The notes under the pieces are model-generated. The model worked only from the letters and a program-made list of their open reading frames with translations. It had not been told where the DNA came from and made no database searches. This document shows positions 52,321 to 62,060 of a DNA stretch of 64,000 nt, in pieces. Numbering within the stretch: position 1 is the stretch's first letter; every line of letters starts with the position of its first letter. The position numbers and the translations under genes are program-made. The stretch is from Iphione sp. A-MEVVRFRX5 (lineage: Eukaryota), in contig OZ320314.1 of assembly GCA_976226885.1 (NCBI GenBank), forward strand, positions 106,330,001 through 106,394,000, in the 5' to 3' direction.

Positions 52321-55110
52321 TCATGGTACTCTATTGTTTGCCTTGTCATACCTATCCCAAAGCTCCTTGTGTAATTTAGTCTTAAACTTATGTAAGCTAT
52401 CTTCCATTTTCAAGCTATCTGATATCCTATTCCAGCCCTGACTTCCTTGATAACTCCAGCTGTCTCTGTAGATTGTCCGCTTTACCTTCCTTAGAATAAT
52501 TTGCCTTCCCCTACGACCTCTATTTTTAACTAGATAGTGCTCATCCCCTACCCCTATGCATTTGTGTACCTGTACTATGGCATGTTTTTCCCTCTCTAAC
52601 CATATTGGCATTATCCTGTTTCTCTTCCTATAATCCCGAAGTTCTTCTACTCCTCCTTTCAACGCTACTTTATACACCCTATTCAATTTTTGCTGAACTG
52701 CTGTACTCCCCCGTTTTCCCAGTACTGCCTGTCCATATGTCAACATCGGCTCAATCATAGTCTTTACTATCCTCAGTGCTATTTCGGTGGTAATACAATT
52801 TCGCATTCGCTTCATCATGTACTCCTTATAGGCCATCTTTTTTATGGTTCCATCTACATGTTCACGAAAGGTTAGCCTTTCATCCACTGTTATGCCCAAG
52901 TAGTTGTACCTTTTGACCTGATGGATGACTTTTCCACCCAGATTGAGACCACCATACTCCTCACCTTTTATCGTCTTTCGTAAAGTACATAACATATACT
53001 TTGTTTTCGCAACGTTTAACAAGAGCCTATTTGTCTTACACCATACAAAAACCCTATTCAGGCAACTCTGGGCTTTATCCATTACACTATCCCAGTCGTT
53101 TCCCGAGAACAGCAAGGCGGCGTCATCCGCATATAGGATTATTTCCCCCTCATGAACAGTTTCTGTTATGTCATTGATAAATATCAAAAAGAGTAGAGGA
53201 CCCAACAAGCTACCTTGTGGGACCCCACACGTTATCTGCTGTTTGTTTGAATAGTGACCATTTACCCTAACCCGCTGGCTCCTATTCTGAACATACTCCC
53301 ATATTAAGCTTGCCATCCCTTTCCCACAAGACCTCTCTACCTTTCCACATAGCAACATATGGTCTAACGAATCGAAGGCTTTTGAAAAGTCGAGGTATAC
53401 GTGCACAACCTTCTGTCCCTCGTTTATATTTTCATACGTATTTTGTAAGAGCCTTCCTATAGCATCTGTTGTTGAGCGCTTTTTCCTAAAACCATATTGG
53501 TTGTCTACCAGGAAGTTATTTTCCTCTAGGATCTCAACAATTCTATTGTAGAACAACCTTTCCATTACTTTTGATCCTATCGGCAGCACGCTTACCGGCC
53601 TATAGTTTCCAACCTGGTACCTGTCCCCCCCTTTCCATATAGGCGTCACTACTGCCTCCTTCCATCTACTTGGTACTTTGCCTGTCGACCATATCATCTT
53701 CATAATGTGAGTCAGTTGCATCATTGCCTTTTTCATTAGACTACTCCCTATGTTCTCCATACCCGACGCTTTCTTCTCCTTTAGTAATCCTATAGCCTTC
53801 CATACCATCCCTTGAGTTATCTCATCCGCACCATCCCTTTCCTGCCTATCCCAGGTACCAGCATGGTTCCCTTGTCCAATCTGCAATTGATCTCTAATTC
53901 TTTTACCTACGCCTACGAAAAATGTGTTTATTTCCTCCCCCACATCCTTTCCCCTTATTATTTTATCATCCATCTTTATGACAATGTCCTCATCAGTTGT
54001 CTTATTGTAAATCAGTAGCCTGTTTAATTTTCTCCAAAAAGATTTACTATCATTCTTATTCAGATCCAGTAATTTCTGATAGTACTCATTTCTTGCCCTA
54101 TTCATCTCCCTTTTGCAAACTTTCTTAGCATTTTCATATGCACCCCAGTTTCCCTCGTTTCTTTCCTTATACAGCTTTCGCAATGCCTTCCTCTTTGTCT
54201 TCAGTAAGTACACTATCCTCCTATCTACCCATGGGGATGTCTCTTTGTTACGAACGTTATACCATTTCAGTGGGGCCAGTCTATCAAGCACATGGGCAAT
54301 TATCCGCTCCCATGTTATAACCAACTTATCCACATCCTGTTCATTATAGAAATCACCCCAGTCATAGCTCACTAGCGTTTCTCTGAATTTAGCGTCTGTG
54401 TACTCCCTGTAGTCCCGTTTTCTAGCTCTTTTTATCCCATGTTTCCCCGCGGCCCCTTTCATTTGCACTTTAATCCCTTGATGGTCACTGATTGCTACAT
54501 AGTCAACTTCAGCCTTACTCCCTAATCCTACTTCCTCATACCAGACATCCAACAAGCTTAGACCCTTTTTATATATATATGTCGCCTCCTTTACATGGTT
54601 TTCTAACCCATAACTTAGGCATGTGTTTTCTAATAGTCGCTTTTCCCTTGTGTTCCGTAATAAATCAATATTAATATCTCCTGTCACCACCATCCTACCT
54701 TTATCTTGTCCCTTATCCATTTCCCTGTCTAAGATGTTCACTGCTGTTTCCACATTTCCTAACGGTGGACGATAGACACTAATCAAATGTAATAGTTGGA
54801 CCTTCTTATATTGTATATTTAGCCTCAGATATTCTATCTCCTTTGTGCTTGCATAACCTTCCACTGTTGCGTCATAGCATGCTTTAACATATACCAAAAT
54901 CCCCCCGACTCTTTTGCCTTCCCCCCTATCTTGCCTGAAGATATTGTAACCACGCCAAGCTATCGCTTGGTTAAACACTTTTTCATGTAGCCAAGTTTCT
55001 GTAATGATAACAATATCATATGTGTCCCCCAAGTAAGTTTTTAACTCCTCCCGTTTTCTTAGATAGCTTCTGATGTTGATACAAAACACCTTTATACCAT
55101 CAGCTTCCAT
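52321..55110 (-). CDS. LINE ORF2: APE endonuclease plus reverse transcriptase (929 aa from the first ATG at 55110; track ORF extends to a TTG at 55125)
   Basis: APE motifs CINIRS, ITETWL, VYRPP, TGDINID and ISDH. RT motifs NYRPVSVLP, QYGFRK, YLDFSKAFD, GVPQGSLLGPLLFLIFINDI, YADD and YLGITVD. No stops. Confidence 0.97.
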   Translation of the reverse strand: MEADGIKVFCINIRSYLRKREELKTYLGDTYDIVIITETWLHEKVFNQAIAWRGYNIFRQDRGEGKRVGGILVYVKACYDATVEGYASTKEIEYLRLNIQYKKVQLLHLISVYRPPLGNVETAVNILDREMDKGQDKGRMVVTGDINIDLLRNTREKRLLENTCLSYGLENHVKEATYIYKKGLSLLDVWYEEVGLGSKAEVDYVAISDHQGIKVQMKGAAGKHGIKRARKRDYREYTDAKFRETLVSYDWGDFYNEQDVDKLVITWERIIAHVLDRLAPLKWYNVRNKETSPWVDRRIVYLLKTKRKALRKLYKERNEGNWGAYENAKKVCKREMNRARNEYYQKLLDLNKNDSKSFWRKLNRLLIYNKTTDEDIVIKMDDKIIRGKDVGEEINTFFVGVGKRIRDQLQIGQGNHAGTWDRQERDGADEITQGMVWKAIGLLKEKKASGMENIGSSLMKKAMMQLTHIMKMIWSTGKVPSRWKEAVVTPIWKGGDRYQVGNYRPVSVLPIGSKVMERLFYNRIVEILEENNFLVDNQYGFRKKRSTTDAIGRLLQNTYENINEGQKVVHVYLDFSKAFDSLDHMLLCGKVERSCGKGMASLIWEYVQNRSQRVRVNGHYSNKQQITCGVPQGSLLGPLLFLIFINDITETVHEGEIILYADDAALLFSGNDWDSVMDKAQSCLNRVFVWCKTNRLLLNVAKTKYMLCTLRKTIKGEEYGGLNLGGKVIHQVKRYNYLGITVDERLTFREHVDGTIKKMAYKEYMMKRMRNCITTEIALRIVKTMIEPMLTYGQAVLGKRGSTAVQQKLNRVYKVALKGGVEELRDYRKRNRIMPIWLEREKHAIVQVHKCIGVGDEHYLVKNRGRRGRQIILRKVKRTIYRDSWSYQGSQGWNRISDSLKMEDSLHKFKTKLHKELWDRYDKANNRVP

Positions 55111-55385
55111 TCTAACACCATACAACCCAAAACCCTGTATGTACCATTTGCATAACTTTTCTGTTTGATCAGACCCCTAACACAATAACATCCATATATG
55201 TTTAGAACTCCAAGCCCTGCGCCCTGATGTGGGAACCATATGTTCTGTGTAACATACATGTTCCCAAGTATGGCACTTTGTTGTAGACGATCTAACTGTG
55301 AGACAGTTTCCCCCCGACCCTACTCATTAGTAACTATTTACACTATTTACACCCCCCTGTACCAAAGTTACCAGATATTAGTGGT

Positions 55386-56033
55386 TTAATATATTTTCTC
55401 TAGGAAATTACTAATCAGCTTTGCCAGTTTTCCCTTACCCTCTTCACCTTGGTGACACCCATCTGGAAGACCTCTATATTTTACCACATCCCTTCTTCGA
55501 ACCCTCCTATGTGTCATAGTTCCCACCCTACATGTGATGTTTCCATTCATATGATTGATATGAGTGATGTATTCATTAACATGCCACAGGGCATTGTCTA
55601 ACAAATATTGCTTGAAACTCATACCATTCAAATACCAACAATTGTTCAGCTTGATATTGTATCGAAACAGACTTAGACCAAATATAGTCGCGAAATAGAA
55701 TTTTGTCTCAGGCAATGCACTCTTCAGTAACTCATTTGTTTCATAAAACTTGTTTGTTACACTATTTACCAAGTCACTCAGATTGTCATGTCTCACATCC
55801 ACCCAAGTTCTCCAAGTTCCCTGTACCCACCTTGCGTTTTTCCGAGTTATATTACAGATCCCTGCCATTAAAATTATCCCATCAGATTCTTGGTATGATC
55901 TGTCCTGGCAAATCACCTCTGCAATGTCTTCAATTGCATATCCCGGATAAACTCGCACCGTGATTGCCACACCTCGTGCCCTTAGTATCTGCTGCAGACC
56001 CCTCCCCCGGCTGTCGCATATCAGATACAACAT
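55386..56033 (-). CDS. Stand-alone SGNH/GDSL-type esterase, 215 aa
   Basis: SGNH blocks appear in order: I CDSRG (S8), II YPG (G31), III AGICN (N61), V PDGCH (D191, H194). ATG is in a good context (A at -3). Confidence 0.8.
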   Translation of the reverse strand: MLYLICDSRGRGLQQILRARGVAITVRVYPGYAIEDIAEVICQDRSYQESDGIILMAGICNITRKNARWVQGTWRTWVDVRHDNLSDLVNSVTNKFYETNELLKSALPETKFYFATIFGLSLFRYNIKLNNCWYLNGMSFKQYLLDNALWHVNEYITHINHMNGNITCRVGTMTHRRVRRRDVVKYRGLPDGCHQGEEGKGKLAKLISNFLEKIY

Positions 56034-56282
56034 CTTGTAATGGAAAAAGTATGCTTATCTGACCAGTGGTTCCTTCTACTATATCTTGCAGACTTCTGTA
56101 TTGCCACACTCTGATTGCTGGTCACTTGTACTTGGACAGGTCACTCAGCCGCCGCTGTTGTGGCTTTCCACGTATGTCTGCCCCCGTTCGTCACCACTTG
56201 GTTGCAGATGTCTTAAGTATCTTAGCCCCCTTGGGGTCTGCCGATGCACTGGATCTTCATGGAAATAAAAGTAAACTATTAG

Positions 56283-56882
56283 TACATGCTATCGCATATT
56301 ATCCCCAATTCCCTCTCTTTTACCTCACAAAATAATTCAAGACACCGCTATACATGCTGTCGCATGTTGTAACACGTTTACACTACTATTTGATATAATT
56401 ATATATCTGGCGGTACATCAACTGGCATGCTGTCACATACTGTAATATTTCATTGTCGATAGTTCCTTGTAATATTCTTCCGCTATCTCAAGATATACCA
56501 GTGGAATGTTTATCATTTCCTATGGTTATTTTACTCGCTTCATATTTCACGCACATGCTATCGCATGTTTTCATCCTATAATACTAGCTTAGATACACAT
56601 CCCATATCTCCAAGTTATTTATAATATCCCACTCCATGTCATACTACTGCCTGCACTTTATTTCCTATCTTGATACAACTAAAATGATAAATGTACAAAT
56701 GTATACCTACCTTACAAATTCCTTTATCTGTTTACCTTTGTCAAATCGGTGAGTCAAGACCGCCTTATCTTGTTTTAGAATATCCTCCTTCAACTCCCTA
56801 TGTGAGAACAATGTTTATTTGTCATTTTTGTAGTCAGCAAGGCTTTCTCTATTCATATATGTATGTACATGCTATCGCATGT
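56283..56882. repeat. Five dispersed copies of the hairpin motif ACATGC-TRTC-GCATGT in the ORF1-esterase spacer
   Basis: Copies at 56283, 56351, 56425 (degenerate), 56552 and 56866. Confidence 0.85.
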
Positions 56883-56940
56883 ATAGAGAACCAATTTAAT
56901 GCACATTTTAGTCTAACCTTCCCAATTATCATCCCCACAT

Positions 56941-58422
56941 TTACCCTTCCCCTAGAATTGCCTCCCCTTGTTCTACTCCCCCTACTGCCATCGCTACGTC
57001 GCTCTCCTCCTCCTCTTCATCTACCTGTGGGAACAACTCACTGCGTACCACCATCAATAGACGTCCCAGCATGTTCTTACCCTTATAGGCAGTACCGTGC
57101 GTCACCAGATATCCCATCCCACCGGCTGCCCCCCAAAACATCGACTTACTAGCCGAAACAAGTTCCTTCTTCATTGTACCTTTTAAATCTTCTCCTAAAC
57201 TCGGTGAGCTTGAGAATTTCGCCATTAGAATGTCTCTCATAACCTTCACTCTGTCCTTATCCCAGGTTGTTGTTGCTGTTATCCGCTTACCTACCGATAT
57301 CAGCTCCATCGGGTCCGTCGTCGAAAGTACCTCGTGTTTCGCCCGTTCGTTGTTTGCGTGATTTGCCTTTTCCCACTGATACGCCTGCTCAGCAGAACTT
57401 ACCACCAAGTCTTTATAAGAGAAGGGTGATATGTGCAAATTGCTAAGACTAGCCTCTTTGCCTTGAAAAACTACTCTTTTTTCTGTGTGCACTTGTTTTG
57501 CCGCGGCCAGTGATAAGTCTTCCGGCAACTTTCGGATCTCACTCGGCTTGTATGGCAGGTCGTCTACGTACAAAGTGTTGTTCATTACTTTCGCGCTCCT
57601 CCCCTGTACTTTTGCCAACAGTGCTATGGACCGTAAATCCACTTGTTGCTCTCGCTGAGTTTTCGTTAAGTCGTCACTAATCCAAATCTTGGTTCCCTTC
57701 AGCTTGCCTCTGTTCTTCATAATGCTTGACTTGTCCATGTTTCTCACAAATTTCACCACTACATCCCTGTGGCATTTTACAGACTCCCTCCTGGTTTTAT
57801 AGCAAACTGCTATGTCCCTCTGTTCTAAATCCAACTCAAGCTTTAGGAACAGCTCTTCCGCCACTGCATAAGCGTCGTTTATCTCACCACCCAGTCCACT
57901 GATGACTATTGTGTTTGCCCGTACACTTTTGTCGATTTGTTCCAGCTGCACTTTCTGATCTCGCAGCTCTTTCCTCAGAATTTGGTTTTCCGCTATAACC
58001 GCCGCAGTCTTACCCCGCAGCTCCTTCTGTTCAATTTCTAGTTCCTCATTTTTTGTCTTTAGTTTCTCCATCTCCTTATTCATCTTCTCGATGTTCCCAT
58101 CAGTGCTCCCCCATACCATCTTTGCATCTTCAATACTCCTCTCCACCGACTCCATCCTTCTGTCATTTTTCTTCAACCAGCGCAGTATACTCCCCATATT
58201 TGCTTTTAGGGACGTCAATGCAGTCGGACTTCCCGTTCCTCGCTTGCGTTTCGATCTTCTTTTTTTACTTGGTTGTTCCTCTTCGTCAAACTCATCATCC
58301 CCTTGAGATAGTTGTGAGTCTGAATCTCCAATGCCCTCTAGTATCTCCGTAATTGTTTGATCGTCTCCCTCCTCTGAACCGTCCTTCTGATTCTCCAGAT
58401 TCCTCCCTGCTTGGCTTGCCAT
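56941..58422 (-). CDS. LINE ORF1: acidic N-terminus, NLS, coiled coil, RRM/CTD, fused to a C-terminal NADAR (YbiA-like) domain (493 aa from ATG 58422; track ORF extends to a TTG at 58446)
   Basis: KKRRSKRKR NLS; heptad coiled coil; L1-ORF1-like RANTIVISGL...VVVKF...KLKGTKIWISDDLT. NADAR-like segment at about 57034-57474: FQGKEASLSNLH, SSAEQAYQWEKA, WDKDRVKVMRDILMAKF, LVSASKSMFWG, GKNMLGRLLMVVRSEL. Confidence 0.9.
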   Translation of the reverse strand: MASQAGRNLENQKDGSEEGDDQTITEILEGIGDSDSQLSQGDDEFDEEEQPSKKRRSKRKRGTGSPTALTSLKANMGSILRWLKKNDRRMESVERSIEDAKMVWGSTDGNIEKMNKEMEKLKTKNEELEIEQKELRGKTAAVIAENQILRKELRDQKVQLEQIDKSVRANTIVISGLGGEINDAYAVAEELFLKLELDLEQRDIAVCYKTRRESVKCHRDVVVKFVRNMDKSSIMKNRGKLKGTKIWISDDLTKTQREQQVDLRSIALLAKVQGRSAKVMNNTLYVDDLPYKPSEIRKLPEDLSLAAAKQVHTEKRVVFQGKEASLSNLHISPFSYKDLVVSSAEQAYQWEKANHANNERAKHEVLSTTDPMELISVGKRITATTTWDKDRVKVMRDILMAKFSSSPSLGEDLKGTMKKELVSASKSMFWGAAGGMGYLVTHGTAYKGKNMLGRLLMVVRSELFPQVDEEEEESDVAMAVGGVEQGEAILGEG

Positions 58423-59258
58423 AGCTCTGGACTCCGCGAGTGTCAACTCTTGCCTTGCGTGACCTAATTACGTATCGGCCCCTGTCACCTTACCTTGACC
58501 CTTGACCTTGGTTGTCCGCAACTACCTTTCGAATTATAATTCACCCTAAATCCACATTTATGATTCGTTACCTGTTCTCCCTTCCACACCTAGAGATTCT
58601 CTGACCATTCCTACCAATTCCTGACTGTTAAATTCTGTATTTTCCTGAGGGTTTATCCTATATCCACGTTCCAAGTCTCCGGGGTTCCCGCCTCACACGT
58701 CTACCTCCCTACAGCGCCATATATATCGAGCAAGCTGAGCCGTATTTGGTCCAGGATTGTTTGGATTATGTTTGATTTATTTGTGCCTACCGGAAAATGT
58801 TTGCTCGTGCTGATCCTATTCTATTCAGCGCCCGCAATTCAGGTGCATTGATGTCCCCGGATGTTCATGACTCCGCATGCATGCATTTTTGTAGTTCTCT
58901 TCACTGGCATGTCTGAAGATGTCAGTCTCCTCTGTGAAGCGTTTCTTGTATCCACCCTACGTCGATGGGGAGGACATGATTCGTTACGTTTCTTGTGACG
59001 ATGTGATTAACGACTTGTAGTTACCTCCGTTCTTTTTGAGAGTGCAGGGTGCTTTTTCCACAGGTCTCTTTTTTCAGGAAATCTGTACATGTGTCGACGT
59101 CTACCTTCTTTTCTCATTAGGAAGCCTTTCATGAATGGCGACTACATCAATAATGCACTACTTTGAGGTCAGACCTGACTCCTCTTTATCCTGCAGTTTC
59201 GACCCACCACGGTCTGCAAACGCTGTGGCTGGCAGTGCTACAACCCCCCCCCCCCCGC

Positions 59259-59289
59259 CACACACAAACACACACACACACACACACAC
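59259..59289. repeat. (CA)n microsatellite after a C13 run
   Basis: Direct reading of the sequence. Confidence 0.9.
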
Positions 59290-59341
59290 TCCCATTTCTA
59301 CGTGCGGCAGGTGAAGCTGTCATCCAAGCACGGCGGGGATG

Positions 59342-59731
59342 TTAGTGCTTTGTTTTAAGCCAGACATGCGCCATGATTACCAGGGCGAACGTTTTGGCGG
59401 TCGACACGGCTCGGACCGTTTGGCAGACAGGTGAACTAGTGTCGCCCTCTACCGGGGATGAATAGTAAAAGGCCTTGCCTGTCTTCGTGGCGCTGGACCC
59501 GCATGCCAGACTGTTGTCAGATACGGATACAGTTCCAGGTCTGGGATCACCGCCCTTCTTTGCGGAGTCCCGCAGTTCTCTGACATCATGAAAAGGTCCG
59601 TCCGCTCCATCTCCCGTTCCCTCTGCCACACATGCTCTGGTAAATGGAGACGTGTTCTTTGTGGTTTCTTTGTCTCGGCAATCCAACTCTAGGCACCATC
59701 TGCGATGTCCTGGCCTCCTTCCTGTAACCTG
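59342..59731 (-). other. Candidate host exon (unverified)
   Basis: Strong polypyrimidine acceptor tgtgtttcttctCAGCAG, then a GC/CpG-rich stretch with one frame open for about 130 codons. No recognisable homology. Confidence 0.25.
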
Positions 59732-61932
59732 CTGAGAAGAAACACACGCCGTCGCCTGCCCTGCCCCCTAACGGGTCGAGGGCCAGGCGCAACATTGCAG
59801 GACTGACAACCTGAATAAGCCATACAGCACTAGTACAAGAAAAGGAGGGCGAACATTACCGGTCCCATCCGGTATGCTTTCAGCATATATTTTAAGAGAT
59901 TTGTAGGTTTCCGCCTCTAACTCCCTCCCCCTCTTTGGCAGCCGCAAATGGAATCCCTAGTAGGGTTTCATCACAACATATGTGACCAACTTCGATATGG
60001 TTGCGTGGGCCCTGAAGGAGTGTGCTTTTTTTGGGCGGCATCTCTACACTTCCAAAATGGGTTCTTCCTGATCACACCCAGCGATAACTGGTGGTGGTGA
60101 TCGCGGAAAGTATACCCCAGGAAAGTATTTACTTTAGAGCTTCAATTACACAATGGTCCGGACATCTGCATTTACAGTTGACGGCAAGGGAGAAGGTGGT
60201 GGGCTACGTAGAAATCCCCTCCCGCTCCCTCCAGTAATATCCTAGAGTACTTCCTCACATAGATGATCTAGCCAGGGGCGCTTGCTAAACCTAACAAAAC
60301 CTGCCAAACGGCATCGACAGGCCATCGTCAGCTTTGTGGACATGCACCAAGGCTATTTCCTGAACCTACGTGCCACCTGGTAAATCTTCTTTCGGGTCCA
60401 AAGAACGATGGCTACAGGACAGTCATTGCTGCCTGACCGTTGTCAAAACGGAAACAAGACGTCCCCACTCTCTCACCCCCCAAAAAAAACACATGCGCGC
60501 GCACACACACACACAAACTCATAAAAGTGTGCAAGGCAATACGATAAGATAGATATTCGCGCCAACCGAGTCCATTTGTCGAACACCAGAGGGAAAGCTT
60601 ACCTGGTGGCTATGGTATGGTACGTATTCCGTCCTCGCTTGCCAATGCTCCCGAAATGCCACACTCCCTGCATTCCCCCTTTGAGCCCTTCCCCCTCAAC
60701 CAACTCCCGTTTTTGTCGAGTATGTCGATATGAAAGGGAGGCAAGGCTAAACCTTGTGGTAGGTACATGTACCCCAGCAAGAATTTGATTCCCATCAACA
60801 CAAAGACAGGATGGCAAGAAGATCACAGCTTCTCCATTGATGATGCGACCAGTCATACGTGATAAATACAACTTAATGCCCCGCAAGAAAAATTCGCTTT
60901 TGGCTAGCCAAAATCCCTGCAGTATGCTATATTCGATATTGAAAAACAATGGCAAATCGCCTAAGTATATAATATTATTTTGATTGATTTTGATTGAATT
61001 CCATTAGGTTTATTTTTTTGAGTGAATATCTCCACCCAAACAAAGCGTTTTCAAATCTGACAATTCTAAATTTTGGTTCAATGTATAATTTAAAAATAAA
61101 TGGGATTCCATATCAATTATTTGTCGTCGATTACAGGAGGAACTGCAGACGTTGTTAAGGGTAAGAAGGGATTATTCTCATATGTAGAATAAAAGCATAC
61201 CTGTATATGTACTCAGCTATTTTACTGTTATTTTCTCTTGGACATAACCTTCAGGTATAAAATAAATAAATTTAGTGTTCCTTTTCTCCAGCAGATTTTC
61301 AAACCAGACTAAGATCCCTTCTAGAAGGAAAGTGGTATGGCAAGCTGACACCTATACATCGCCGGGGTAGTCTACAAAGCTTCTGCTTCCTGTGCCGCGA
61401 TCAATCTACATGTATATCTTCGCTTCCGTTGAAACTGGTGCACATCATATATATACACCGGCGTGTATGTATACAAAGAAGACGACCGGTTCTCTAATAT
61501 ACGTACCTTCATGTATACTTGTCGTGCAATAGTTACAACTGTATGTGTTGGATGTAGCCACAAGAAAAACCCGAAGCTCTAAGCCTCTAGAGCACTTATG
61601 GACTGACAAAATAACTTGATATATGAACCATCTTTGATATTTGAGTGGGACCGGAGGTAAGATATCGCTTCGCTGACATCGTAGCGATCAGTATGCGAGT
61701 GGCGGAACGAACCAAATGGAATGTGCAAGATGTATAAAGCACGGGCAAACCATCCATTGACCTGCTGAGGCTCTCGACTATCCCTCTAGTACATGTGATA
61801 TTATCACGCGGGTATAACTTTCATGATAGATGTGGGTCTAGCTATAGGACTGTACCTTTTAAAAATAGATGTCCTTGAGAAGTCTTTAGAAAGGCATGGA
61901 AGACTCAGTTCCTAGCTTCCGCGTGGCCAGGA

Positions 61933-62060
61933 GTGGGAGAGAGAGGGAGGTGGAGACAGAGAGGAAGACAGGCAGGGAGAGAGGCGGACAGAGGGAGAGA
62001 GATAGGGAGAGACACAAAGAGGGAGACAAACAGAGAGCCAAAGGGAGACAGACAGACAGA
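61933..62060. repeat. Purine-rich (AG/GACA) low-complexity tract
   Basis: gagagagggaggtggagacagagaggaagacaggcagggagagagg... Confidence 0.85.

Larger units (their letters stand above)
51806..58720 (-). mobile_element. Apparently full-length CR1-group (Crack/Daphne/L2-like) LINE with three ORFs
   Basis: A28 tail at 51806-51833 preceded by AAAATAAA, a ~490-bp 3'UTR, three uninterrupted co-oriented ORFs and a 5' ATGGCG motif at 58715-58720. The 5' boundary is approximate and no TSD was found. Confidence 0.9.

Noticed and set aside
51790-58760. Target-site duplication for the three-ORF LINE
   Set aside because: The sequence left of the T-run (GGATGTCATGCGATA) is not repeated right of 58720 beyond 2-3 trivially matching bases.
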